NCBI GenBank assembly: GCA_019057795.1
Contig: JAHLWS010000049.1
Location: forward strand, 1 to 64,000
Reading direction: 5' to 3'
From: Promethearchaeota archaeon
GTDB lineage: Archaea; Asgardarchaeota; Lokiarchaeia; Sigyniarchaeales; SOKP01
DNA length: 64,000 nt
A model generated the notes under the pieces. It was not told the origin of the DNA, made no database searches, and saw only the letters and a list, made by a program, of their open reading frames with translations. Numbering within the stretch: the stretch's first letter is position 1; each line of letters starts with the position of its first letter. A program made the position numbers and the translations under genes. This document shows, piece by piece, positions 39,345 through 48,464 of the stretch.

Positions 39345-39656
39345 TTAATAATAAGTTAATTCTAGAACCTTTTTTTCTTTTATCATATAGCCTTGTTTCT
39401 TTGAAGTGTTATATGAGATTGGTCGATATTTTTCATTTAGATTTTTACGATACAGAAATTTTTTTATTCTTAATTTAACTGCTCTCTTTGACAATTTGAG
39501 GGGCATTACTATTTCTAATTCGTTTCCATTTCGAGAGAGTTCAATTTGCGGCAACTGTTCTTCGAGGAACCTTAACAGATCCTCAACGTATTCTTCTTTT
39601 AAAAAACTTAAGTCTTTTATATTTATATAAATTTCTTTAGTATCAACTTCACTCAT
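39345..39656 (-). CDS. rpl22e: Ribosomal protein eL22 (L22e) homolog
   Basis: LSKRAVKLRIKKFLYRKNLNEKYRPIS matches eL22 [27 protein letters not shown] (recalled); size fits. Confidence 0.8.
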   Translation of the reverse strand: MSEVDTKEIYINIKDLSFLKEEYVEDLLRFLEEQLPQIELSRNGNELEIVMPLKLSKRAVKLRIKKFLYRKNLNEKYRPISYNTSKKQGYMIKEKKVLELTYY

Positions 39657-39737
39657 ATTCTAATCACTCAATATTATAATTTTTGATATTATAAATTTTT
39701 TTTTATTTTTACAAAAAATTTTTATAAAAAGATTTAA

Positions 39738-41039
39738 ATGAACTTTTTCTACATAATAATCATGGTAGATTATGTAGATTTAAGTTATGAACCTAACGAA
39801 AATGATCTCGTTGTTATGTATTTCGTTGAAAAAGCTGTTGATTGTGAAAGTCTGGAAAAAGCGTGCGAGGAAATCGCTAAAGAAAGTTCAATCGGCACGT
39901 GGACAGATATTTTGACGATGTCTGCAGATATTGCTGAACGCCTTGAACCATCTGCTTTTTATATCGATCCACAAAATCAAATTATTAAAATTGCTTATTC
40001 TGAAGAATTATTTGAAGCCGATAACATGTCTCAAATTCTTAGCGCTATTGCCGGTAATATTTTTGGTATGAAGGTGATTAATAATTTAAGGCTTATAGAT
40101 ATCACATTTCCTAAATATATAGTCAGTAAATATAAAGGACCTAAATTCGGGATTAAAGGTATTAGAAAATTAACGGGAGTGGAAAAAAGACCTTTGTTAG
40201 GAACAATCGTAAAACCTAAAGTAGGTTTAAACGAGATCGAACACGCAAAAGTTTGTGAAGAGGCATGGATGGGCGGTTTGGACATAGTAAAGGACGATGA
40301 GAATTTAACTAGTATGGTCTTCAATAAATTCGATAAAAGAGTTGAGGAATCTTTAAAAGCTCGAGATAGAGCTCAAGCTGAAACGGGTGAAAAAAAGATT
40401 TATATGCCCAATATCACAGCAAAATTAAGTACAATGGAAGAGAGAGCAAATATAGTAATAAATAACGGTGGAGAATATGTAATGGTTGACATATTTACCG
40501 TAGGATTCTCAGCTTTACAAGAACTTCGAGATTATCTAGATGATAAAAATGTCGTAATTCACGCTCATAGAGCTATGCATGCTGCCTTTACACGCAATAA
40601 GAAACACGGAATAACGATGTTGGCTTTAGCCAAAATAATGCGGCTAATCGGAATGGATCAGCTCCATACTGGGACTATCGTTGGAAAAATGGAGGGTGGC
40701 AAAAAGGAAGTTTTAGAGATAAATCAAGTAATTTCAGAGCCAAATATTACAGGAAACAATACAACAATTCTGGATCAAGAATGGGGTGATATCAAACCTA
40801 CTCTACCCGTTGCTTCAGGAGGTCTAAGCCCATTACACATTCCTGATTTAATAAAATTTTTAGGTAATGATATCGTGTATCAATTCGGAGGAGGATGTCA
40901 CGGACATCCAGACGGAACTAGAGCAGGCGCCAGAGCGATAAGACAAGCAGTTGATGCTACTTTGAGTGGAATTCAATTGGAGGAATACGCAAAAACGAAA
41001 GAAGAATTAGAAAAAGCAATCAAAAAATGGAGAAAATAA
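39738..41039 (+). CDS. rbcL: RuBisCO large subunit, form III
   Basis: ESSIGTWT, GTIVKPKVG, DIVKDDE, HAHRAMH, LHTGT.VGKMEG, SGG, GGGCHGHP. The true start is probably the Met of MVDYVDL. Confidence 0.95.
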   Translation: MNFFYIIIMVDYVDLSYEPNENDLVVMYFVEKAVDCESLEKACEEIAKESSIGTWTDILTMSADIAERLEPSAFYIDPQNQIIKIAYSEELFEADNMSQILSAIAGNIFGMKVINNLRLIDITFPKYIVSKYKGPKFGIKGIRKLTGVEKRPLLGTIVKPKVGLNEIEHAKVCEEAWMGGLDIVKDDENLTSMVFNKFDKRVEESLKARDRAQAETGEKKIYMPNITAKLSTMEERANIVINNGGEYVMVDIFTVGFSALQELRDYLDDKNVVIHAHRAMHAAFTRNKKHGITMLALAKIMRLIGMDQLHTGTIVGKMEGGKKEVLEINQVISEPNITGNNTTILDQEWGDIKPTLPVASGGLSPLHIPDLIKFLGNDIVYQFGGGCHGHPDGTRAGARAIRQAVDATLSGIQLEEYAKTKEELEKAIKKWRK

Positions 41040-41063
41040 TTAAAATTTAACTTTTTTTAAGTT

Positions 41064-42008
41064 TTATAGCATATCAGGATATAATTTTGCAAAGTAATTA
41101 TGGACATGGCTACTTGCGAAGATCCCTGCTTCAGTTATAAGCCCATCTATATATCTTCTACTTACGGTCTCAAAAGCAGGATTTAGGATGGTTAAACCCT
41201 CTGGAGCATCCTCCCATACTTCTTTCGGGTCTCTCATTTCGATTTTTTCCAAAATACCAAATGAAGTCTGAGGATTATATTTTAAAAGAGGGGATGCAAC
41301 ATAAAAAGGTACGTGTTCTTCGTGTGCCACTAATGCTAACAATCGAGATCCAATTTTATTAATAATCGTTCCCTCTGAAGTAATAGAATCTGCTCCAATA
41401 ATTATTAAATCAACTTCATAATGATTAACAACCCAACGCATAGCACTATCAACTACGTGAATAACTTCAATTCCAGCATCAAGTAATTTTCTGACTGTTT
41501 TTCTTCCTTGCAATCTAGGTTGAGTTTCCGTTGCTACAACTTTGAAATGATCTTTCCCCTGTCTTTTTGCTTCTAATAGGATAGCATTTACAATACTTGA
41601 ATGGCAATGAGTCATTATAATAAAGTTATCGTCCGTACTTACATCAGGAATTCTCCTTGCGCCTATTTCAGCTATTTTCTGTTTTGACTTTTGCATCAAT
41701 AATTTATATTCATCCTTACAACTGGCAATTAATTCTAAAATTTCTTTTTTCTCTAACGAATCTATTTTTTTTTTTAATCGATTTGTAATATAATTAAGTC
41801 CATTTCTCAAGGCAGGCTCAGTCGCCCTCGTTTGGAATAAGATGGCTTTAGCTTCTAGTAATTTATTAAATAAATCTTCTGAAGTAATAGTTTCACCAAT
41901 TCTTTGCGCGTAATCGCTTAAAAATTGTATTGCACTAATTGCTACATTTGAAGCACCCTGAATTTCTAAGGATTTAATCCTTTCAGCGTCCTTTAATAAT
42001 TGTTGTAT
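41064..42008 (-). CDS. Ribose-1,5-bisphosphate isomerase (eIF2B-like family)
   Basis: MTHCHSS, ETQPRLQG, GADSITSEG.IINKIGS, NPAFE. The N-terminal IKSLEIQGASNVA and TRATEPALRN motifs lie upstream of the ORF-track start; the frame is open to ATA at 42008, after GGTGA. Confidence 0.88.
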   Translation of the reverse strand: MQQLLKDAERIKSLEIQGASNVAISAIQFLSDYAQRIGETITSEDLFNKLLEAKAILFQTRATEPALRNGLNYITNRLKKKIDSLEKKEILELIASCKDEYKLLMQKSKQKIAEIGARRIPDVSTDDNFIIMTHCHSSIVNAILLEAKRQGKDHFKVVATETQPRLQGRKTVRKLLDAGIEVIHVVDSAMRWVVNHYEVDLIIIGADSITSEGTIINKIGSRLLALVAHEEHVPFYVASPLLKYNPQTSFGILEKIEMRDPKEVWEDAPEGLTILNPAFETVSRRYIDGLITEAGIFASSHVHNYFAKLYPDML

Positions 42009-42069
42009 ATTTATTCACCAATTTTTTTAATGTTAATATATAGGATATTCATATTTTTATTTTATTATC

Positions 42070-42261
42070 TTACTTTTGTTGATCCTCATTATCTGAATTC
42101 TGGGTCAACTCTAAATCCTTTGGATTTATCTCTATATAGAGAGCTCCAATATAATCACACGAGGTACATTCAAATATGTTTGGTGCTAGCCAACCAGCAA
42201 CATTAACAGCGGTTTTCAAAGTAGGTTTTTTACATTTAGGACAAAATTTAATGCGTACCAT
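42070..42261 (-). CDS. Small zinc-ribbon protein
   Basis: FCPKC...GWLAP..FECTSCDYIG. Confidence 0.7.
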   Translation of the reverse strand: MVRIKFCPKCKKPTLKTAVNVAGWLAPNIFECTSCDYIGALYIEINPKDLELTQNSDNEDQQK

Positions 42262-42448
42262 TTTGCTTTTAATTCATTTTGCTGTAATTAGAAATGAATA
42301 ATTCTTTTATTTTTTGATCTATATTCAATAATCACAAATAACATTTAGCCTCTATCATTATAAATACATAGATGTTCCTAAAAAATTGTTTATATATTTT
42401 CTGTGATTTTACAATTTAACTTAAACAATCAGCGCTTAACTTACTAAA

Positions 42449-44281
42449 ATGAATGATTTAGAGATAAAACGAAAAAGTATGCCAAATGAACCTGGAGTTT
42501 ACTTTTTTATCAACAAAAAGGGTTCCATTATTTATGTGGGCAAAGCTCTAAATCTTAGAAAGAGGGTGAATCAATATTTCCAAAAAACAAACTACAGTGA
42601 TCCCTTTTACGAAGAAAAAATTAAGGAGTTAGTTAAAAACATTCATTCTATTGACTTCATCGTTACCGAAAACGAAAAAGAAGCTAAAATTTTAGAAAAC
42701 ATACAAATTAAGAAATATCAACCTCGTTTTAACGTAATAATGCGCGATTCTAAGACCTATCCATGGGTTGGGATATTTTTTTCGGAAACATACCCTAGAA
42801 TCCGACTTATAAGAGGACCAGAAAAGTATTCTCAAGAAAATTTGTTTTTAGGGCCTTATACAGATAAAAAGGAAATTAGTAGAATTTTAAGAGATTTGCG
42901 AAAAATTTTCCCCTATTGTTCTTGTAAAAATAAAGTTAAAAAGAAAAAAAACCCTTGTTTGTATTACCAATTGAAGCTATGCCCGGGACCATGTATTGAA
43001 GCAATAACTAAAGACGAATATTTAGAAAATATAAAACAAATAGAACTGTTTTTAAAAGGTCAAACTGAAGAGTTAAAGGGTCAGATTGAAGATAAGATGA
43101 AAAATGCGGCACAATCGCAAGATTTTGAAAGTGCTGCTTTTTGGAGAGATAAACTAAACGCAATAGATAATTCTACAATAACTCAAAGTGTTTTATTAGA
43201 AAACAAGGAAGATAAAGATATAATCGGCTATTTTAATGACGAGGGACAAAAATACATAGCGATGGTTATGATCCATATACGTGAAGGAAAGATATCGAAT
43301 AAAAGTTCTTTTATGTTAAAGATAAAAGAGAAATTAATTCATAAGGATGAGATTTTCCCTTCAATAATGGAACAGTTTTACCAAAATGTGACACACAATT
43401 TACCCGATGTTATTGTTGTTCCAGAGTTTTACGATGGAGTAGGTGTATTTAAAGAGATCCTTAAAGATTTCCGTGCTAACTTAAATATTCGAACACCTAT
43501 GGAAGAGGAATATGGCTTGGTTCGAATTGCGAATAAAAACGCTAAAGTTATTGTTGAACAAGAAATTCAAATGGAGAAACTTAAAAATAAAGAGGAAGAT
43601 CAAATTAAAAAAGCGTTGGAAGAAGCTAAAGAGATTTTTAATTTACCCAAAGCGCCTAGAATAATTGAAGGGTTCGATATTTCTAATATTGAAGGGACAG
43701 ATGCAACTGGATCTATGGTTTATTTTCTTGAAGGGCACCCTTATAATAAGAATTATCGCCACTTTAAGATTCATACAAAATCTACTCCGGACGATGTCGC
43801 TATGATGAAAGAGGTAATTAAACGGAGATACACAATGATTTTAGAGCGTAATTTAGAGTTACCAGACTTAATCCTCGTTGATGGAGGAAAGGGCCAATTG
43901 AACGCAGGACTTTCAGTTTTAAAGGATTTAGGTATTGAGGGCATTCCAATTATTGGTTTAGCAAAAAAATTTGAGGAAATTTATGTTCCCAACAAAAAGG
44001 ACCCTATTATTTTGCCAAAAAATTCACAACTTCTTAAAATTTTTCAAAGGGTCAGAGATGAGGCTCATCGGTTTGCAGTACGGCTTCATAAAAAACAACG
44101 AATAAAAAGGGTAAAAAGATCTATTTTGGATGACATAAAAGGTATAGGCCCAGCAACTAGAAATAAACTACTCACAAAATTTGGCAGTGTGAATAGTATT
44201 AAAGAAGCTTCTCTTGAAGAAATAGCTCAAGTTGTTGGAAAAAAGTTGGCTGATACAATATTAAAGAAGTTGAATAGTTGA
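42449..44281 (+). CDS. uvrC: Excinuclease ABC subunit C
   Basis: GIY-YIG PGVY...IYVGKA.NLRKRV, UVR domain, IEGFDISN, VDGGKGQL, RDEAHRFA, C-terminal HhH. Confidence 0.96.
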   Translation: MNDLEIKRKSMPNEPGVYFFINKKGSIIYVGKALNLRKRVNQYFQKTNYSDPFYEEKIKELVKNIHSIDFIVTENEKEAKILENIQIKKYQPRFNVIMRDSKTYPWVGIFFSETYPRIRLIRGPEKYSQENLFLGPYTDKKEISRILRDLRKIFPYCSCKNKVKKKKNPCLYYQLKLCPGPCIEAITKDEYLENIKQIELFLKGQTEELKGQIEDKMKNAAQSQDFESAAFWRDKLNAIDNSTITQSVLLENKEDKDIIGYFNDEGQKYIAMVMIHIREGKISNKSSFMLKIKEKLIHKDEIFPSIMEQFYQNVTHNLPDVIVVPEFYDGVGVFKEILKDFRANLNIRTPMEEEYGLVRIANKNAKVIVEQEIQMEKLKNKEEDQIKKALEEAKEIFNLPKAPRIIEGFDISNIEGTDATGSMVYFLEGHPYNKNYRHFKIHTKSTPDDVAMMKEVIKRRYTMILERNLELPDLILVDGGKGQLNAGLSVLKDLGIEGIPIIGLAKKFEEIYVPNKKDPIILPKNSQLLKIFQRVRDEAHRFAVRLHKKQRIKRVKRSILDDIKGIGPATRNKLLTKFGSVNSIKEASLEEIAQVVGKKLADTILKKLNS

Positions 44282-44288
44282 AAAAACT

Positions 44289-45731
44289 TCATTTTAAATC
44301 TGAAATTACTAGCTTGATAAGTTCAGCTGTGGTTTCGCAATATATTCGGGCTAACGAATCACTTTTAGCTTCGCTAATAACCCTGACTAAAGTTTCTGTA
44401 TTTGAAGGATGAATAAGGACGAACCATTCCTTTTCTTTACCAAATCTAAGGTCGTAATCTATTTGGCTAACTATTTCCCCCTCATCCACCAATTCTTTCT
44501 TAATTCTATCAATTATTAGTTTTACATCCTTGGGAGCTAATTTTATACTTTTTCTATATGAAAAGAATTTCGGTAGTTTAGAGACGAGCTTTGATATTTT
44601 TTCTCCTGAATCTACTAGTATCTCAACAATTTTAGCAGCAGCAAAAATTCCATCTCTAGTGTTATTAAAACTTGGGAACATTATACCCCCACACGACCCT
44701 TCGCCGCCAAAAATTAAACTGTTTTTCGAAGTTTTGTTTCGCTCTTCTATTAAATTGTACATTTTTTCAACTAAAAAGATCTCTCCTATTGGCGTTTTTA
44801 TTACTCGCGCGCCGTATTTTTCAGCAATTACATCAAACATTGAAGAAGACGCTAAATTTGTTATAAAAATGACTTCTTCTGTTTGGTCCTCGTAATTTTT
44901 TAATTGGTGTTCCATAATAAGGGCTAAGCCAATATCCTCAGGATAACACGTACCATTTTCGCCTATAATTGCCAATCTATCGGCGTCGCAATCGTGGGCA
45001 AATCCAACATCGCATTTACCTTGCCAAACCTCCATAATTAAATCTTTCAAGTTATTTTGTATAGGTTCAATCTCCCTTGGAAATTTCTTATTTTTAATTA
45101 AATCGTTGTTGATTACCTTAACTTCACACCCCATTCCTTCAAGCATTTGAGGTGTAGCATTTTTGCCCGCTCCCGCTCCCGTATCTACAACGACTCTAAG
45201 ATTGTTGTTTTTTTTAATACTTTCAATATTAAGATCTTTAAACAGAGCTTGAATATAATCAGGGATAGGATTGAATTTGGTGATGTTTTTCTTTAAATTT
45301 CGTTTAGTTATTTTATAAGTTTTCAAATCAATATCATCTAACATACGAGCAATCTGTTCTAGATCCTCGTTATGTAAATAAGTCTTTGAAGATAACAGTT
45401 TTAAACCATTCCATTCTTGAGGATTGTGAGAGCCTGTAATAATAATTCCCGCAGGAATGTTTAACTTATTTTTTGTGTGAATAATAATTGGTGTTGGACA
45501 TACTCCGACATTTACCACGCTAAATCCTGTAGAAATTAAGCCCTCGACAACACCCTTTTCAAGAGTCTCTCCACTTGGTCGCGTATCTCTACCTATTATA
45601 ATTTTTTTTTTATCGCCATTAAACCATTCGCCAAAAGCGATAGCAATCTTTTTTGATGTTTTAAAGTTCAAATCTTTACCTGTAATTCCCCGAATTCCAC
45701 TAAAAGTAAAAATTAAATTATTTATTTTCAT
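44289..45731 (-). CDS. Phosphohexomutase (PGM/PMM/GlmM family)
   Basis: SGIRG, GRDTRPSG, ITGSHNP, HDCDADR, GGEGSCG. Confidence 0.92.
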   Translation of the reverse strand: MKINNLIFTFSGIRGITGKDLNFKTSKKIAIAFGEWFNGDKKKIIIGRDTRPSGETLEKGVVEGLISTGFSVVNVGVCPTPIIIHTKNKLNIPAGIIITGSHNPQEWNGLKLLSSKTYLHNEDLEQIARMLDDIDLKTYKITKRNLKKNITKFNPIPDYIQALFKDLNIESIKKNNNLRVVVDTGAGAGKNATPQMLEGMGCEVKVINNDLIKNKKFPREIEPIQNNLKDLIMEVWQGKCDVGFAHDCDADRLAIIGENGTCYPEDIGLALIMEHQLKNYEDQTEEVIFITNLASSSMFDVIAEKYGARVIKTPIGEIFLVEKMYNLIEERNKTSKNSLIFGGEGSCGGIMFPSFNNTRDGIFAAAKIVEILVDSGEKISKLVSKLPKFFSYRKSIKLAPKDVKLIIDRIKKELVDEGEIVSQIDYDLRFGKEKEWFVLIHPSNTETLVRVISEAKSDSLARIYCETTAELIKLVISDLK

Positions 45732-45763
45732 AATAAATCGTTTGTACGATTGTAAAGAGAAAA

Positions 45764-46777
45764 TTAGGGTATTATTGGGTTTCCTTCTAACTTATACTTC
45801 ACGAGAGTCAACGCTCCCATTACGCCGATAGCATCCAAAAATTTTGTTACTTTTATTCTTGGAGGGTGATTTATCGTAAATAATACGGGATCTGTATTGA
45901 ATTGTTCAATAACGGGAGGTAAAATTAAATCGTAATCTTTCATCATAGCTCCACCAAAGTATACCGAAGTACAATCGTAATAATTGTTTACGAGTCCAAC
46001 TCCCACTTTAATATAAAATATACACTGCTCTAAAACGCTCTTAGAAAATTTATCTCCTCCTTTTGCTGCTTGGAAAATTTCTTTCGCCGTAATCTTAGAC
46101 TCATCGTTATCAATCATGAACATCAAAATTTTTGAGCTTAACTTAGTTGATTTTATCGCATTTAATGCTATGTTTTTAACTCCCGTTCCTGAGCTGTATA
46201 CTTCCCAACATCCGAAAGCACCACAATTACATTGAAAATTACTCTGTCGATTAACAATTCCATGTCCGATTTCTGCAGCATTCCCATCCTTTCCGAGAAG
46301 TAAATGCCCGTTACAAATAACTCCACCACCAATTCCCGTCGACACAGTTATATAAACTAGATTATCTTTTTCATCGTCACTTGCTTCAAAATAATGTACC
46401 CCTAAAACCGATGCGTTGCAATCGTTAATTAAATAGATCGGTACTCCTGGAAATCTTTCTTGAATTGGTTTTTTTAGGGGTATTTCTTTAAAACCTAAGT
46501 TAGCATTATTGAAAACTTCGCCAGTTTCTGCATCTAAAGGACCGGCTGATGCTAGACCAATACCTAAAACTTGTTCTTTCTCAATATTGTTTTCAATTAA
46601 CAACTGAGTAATTAAGGAAATTACGGTATTGCTGATTGAAAACTCGTTATCTTTAGGTGTTTGGGCAACTTTAGTTATTATATTTTCTTCCTTTAAACCA
46701 AAGGTACATAGAGCGACTCGAATCCACGTGCCTCCAATATCCGCCCCAACGATAAATTCCTTTATTATTATCACCAA
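45764..46777 (-). CDS. ROK-family sugar kinase (glucokinase-like)
   Basis: DIGGTWIR, NDCNA, STGIGGG, AEIGH, CNCGAFGCWE. Start codon uncertain. Confidence 0.92.
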   Translation of the reverse strand: MVIIIKEFIVGADIGGTWIRVALCTFGLKEENIITKVAQTPKDNEFSISNTVISLITQLLIENNIEKEQVLGIGLASAGPLDAETGEVFNNANLGFKEIPLKKPIQERFPGVPIYLINDCNASVLGVHYFEASDDEKDNLVYITVSTGIGGGVICNGHLLLGKDGNAAEIGHGIVNRQSNFQCNCGAFGCWEVYSSGTGVKNIALNAIKSTKLSSKILMFMIDNDESKITAKEIFQAAKGGDKFSKSVLEQCIFYIKVGVGLVNNYYDCTSVYFGGAMMKDYDLILPPVIEQFNTDPVLFTINHPPRIKVTKFLDAIGVMGALTLVKYKLEGNPIIP

Positions 46778-46794
46778 TTATATTTATTCAAAAC

Positions 46795-47592
46795 TTAATA
46801 ATAATTTATCTCTATCTCTATTAAGTTATTATTAATTAATTCTTTAAAAGTTTTAACAATCTGTTTCTTTCTTCTATCGTCAATTGCATAGACGAAATAT
46901 TCTGATGGTATTCTTGCGATTGAATATAATTGTACAATATCGGGTTTAATTTTTTTTATCGCATAAGCTAATTGCTCAATATTTTCTTTATTATCGTTGG
47001 AAATAAAATCTTCTCTGTAAGAATTATAAATTAAACATTGAATTGCTAATTTCTTAGTTGGCATATCTTTTCTCAATTTAACAAGCGATTCAACAATAGT
47101 GTTAACATCTGGACTGTCTTTATGTGGTCTATTAGTGCTTATAAAGTCGTTTTCAGTAGCGGCGTCTAATTTTGCCAACACAAGATCAAAATGCTTTACT
47201 CTTTCTCGAACTTCGCTTGAATAAAGAGTACTAGAATTAGTAAAAAGAGTAATAAGAGGAGGTTCGTTGGTCCATTTCAAATCTCTTCTAACATCTAAAG
47301 TGATGGTGTAAAAATCTAATAAATTTTCATTGAGTGTGGGTTCTCCGTTATATCCGACCGTTATTGATTTTAAATGAGGGACATATTTTAATATATCTTT
47401 AAGTTCTTTTCTAAAGTTAGAAGATGGAGGGGCTTTAATTCTATACTCTGGAGAAACTACTTCTTTAGTAGGGCCTATCTCGCAATATACGCAATTGTAG
47501 GTGCATAATTTATTTTTTGGTAGAATATCTATCCCTAACGAGAGCCCTAGCCGTCTTGATCGAAATGGGCCATAAGTGTATTGACGTGGCAT
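46795..47592 (-). CDS. Radical SAM protein (COG0731-like)
   Basis: YGPFRSRRLGLSLGID, CTYNCVYCEIG, NGEPTL, KLDA. Confidence 0.88.
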   Translation of the reverse strand: MPRQYTYGPFRSRRLGLSLGIDILPKNKLCTYNCVYCEIGPTKEVVSPEYRIKAPPSSNFRKELKDILKYVPHLKSITVGYNGEPTLNENLLDFYTITLDVRRDLKWTNEPPLITLFTNSSTLYSSEVRERVKHFDLVLAKLDAATENDFISTNRPHKDSPDVNTIVESLVKLRKDMPTKKLAIQCLIYNSYREDFISNDNKENIEQLAYAIKKIKPDIVQLYSIARIPSEYFVYAIDDRRKKQIVKTFKELINNNLIEIEINYY

Positions 47593-47602
47593 GTGATTAT
47601 TT

Positions 47603-48367
47603 TTAATTAAAATAATTAATGATAAAATTCTCTATCGATTTATTGACCTCACTTGGTTTTTCTAACATAACCATGTGTCCAGCATCTATTATTACATTTA
47701 ACTCTGAATTTTTAATTTTATCGCGAAAAAATTGCGAATATTTAACCGGCGTCATCTTATCTTGTTTCCCTACGATAATTAGACATGGAACTTCAATACT
47801 ATCTGTTTTATCTATAGTATCAAAGTTATCGCAAATTTTAAAATCTTCATATGTGACATCTGCTTTAATTTTCGAAGTTTCTTGAACATATATATCTATT
47901 AATTCTCTTGGTGTTTTTCTATAGAATATCCCAGCTGGTAAAGAGTCTAAAAACTCTTGATAATTGGCTCTTAAAGAGTTTAGGATAATTGGGGCAACTC
48001 TTAACCTTCCCCCGGTGCCGCATAAAATTAAACCTGAGATTTCTTTAGTGTATGTAAAATAATATTGTTGAGTAATAGCTCCTCCCAAAGAATGTCCACA
48101 TAATATTACATTGTCATAGTTTAAAGAATTAATTAGGTGTCGAATTACATCAACATATAAATCGAGGGTTAGCTCTGAAAAATCATTTGAATTGTTGTGG
48201 GAAGGTAAATCGATAGCGATAAGATCGTAATTAACTTCAAGATCGAATTGATTTTTCCAAGTATTTGAACTTCCTCCTGAGCCGTGTATAAAAATAATTA
48301 CATTTTTACTTTCGGTTTCTTTAATCCGATAAAACATATTCTTCTCTTTATAACTCAAGAAAGGCAT
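47603..48367 (-). CDS. Alpha/beta hydrolase
   Basis: FIHGSGG, GHSLGG nucleophile, GKQDKMTP, AGHMVMLE. Confidence 0.92.
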   Translation of the reverse strand: MPFLSYKEKNMFYRIKETESKNVIIFIHGSGGSSNTWKNQFDLEVNYDLIAIDLPSHNNSNDFSELTLDLYVDVIRHLINSLNYDNVILCGHSLGGAITQQYYFTYTKEISGLILCGTGGRLRVAPIILNSLRANYQEFLDSLPAGIFYRKTPRELIDIYVQETSKIKADVTYEDFKICDNFDTIDKTDSIEVPCLIIVGKQDKMTPVKYSQFFRDKIKNSELNVIIDAGHMVMLEKPSEVNKSIENFIINYFN

Positions 48368-48464
48368 TATTTTTCGTTGAAATTTTTATTTAATCTAATT
48401 AATAATATACTGAAAAGAAGAATTTAATTTAGTTTTTTCACTTAAGAAATAAAAAAAATTAAGA

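Noticed and set aside
39738-41039. Calvin-cycle carbon fixation
   Set aside because: This is a form III enzyme beside R15P isomerase, with no small subunit or phosphoribulokinase in the window.
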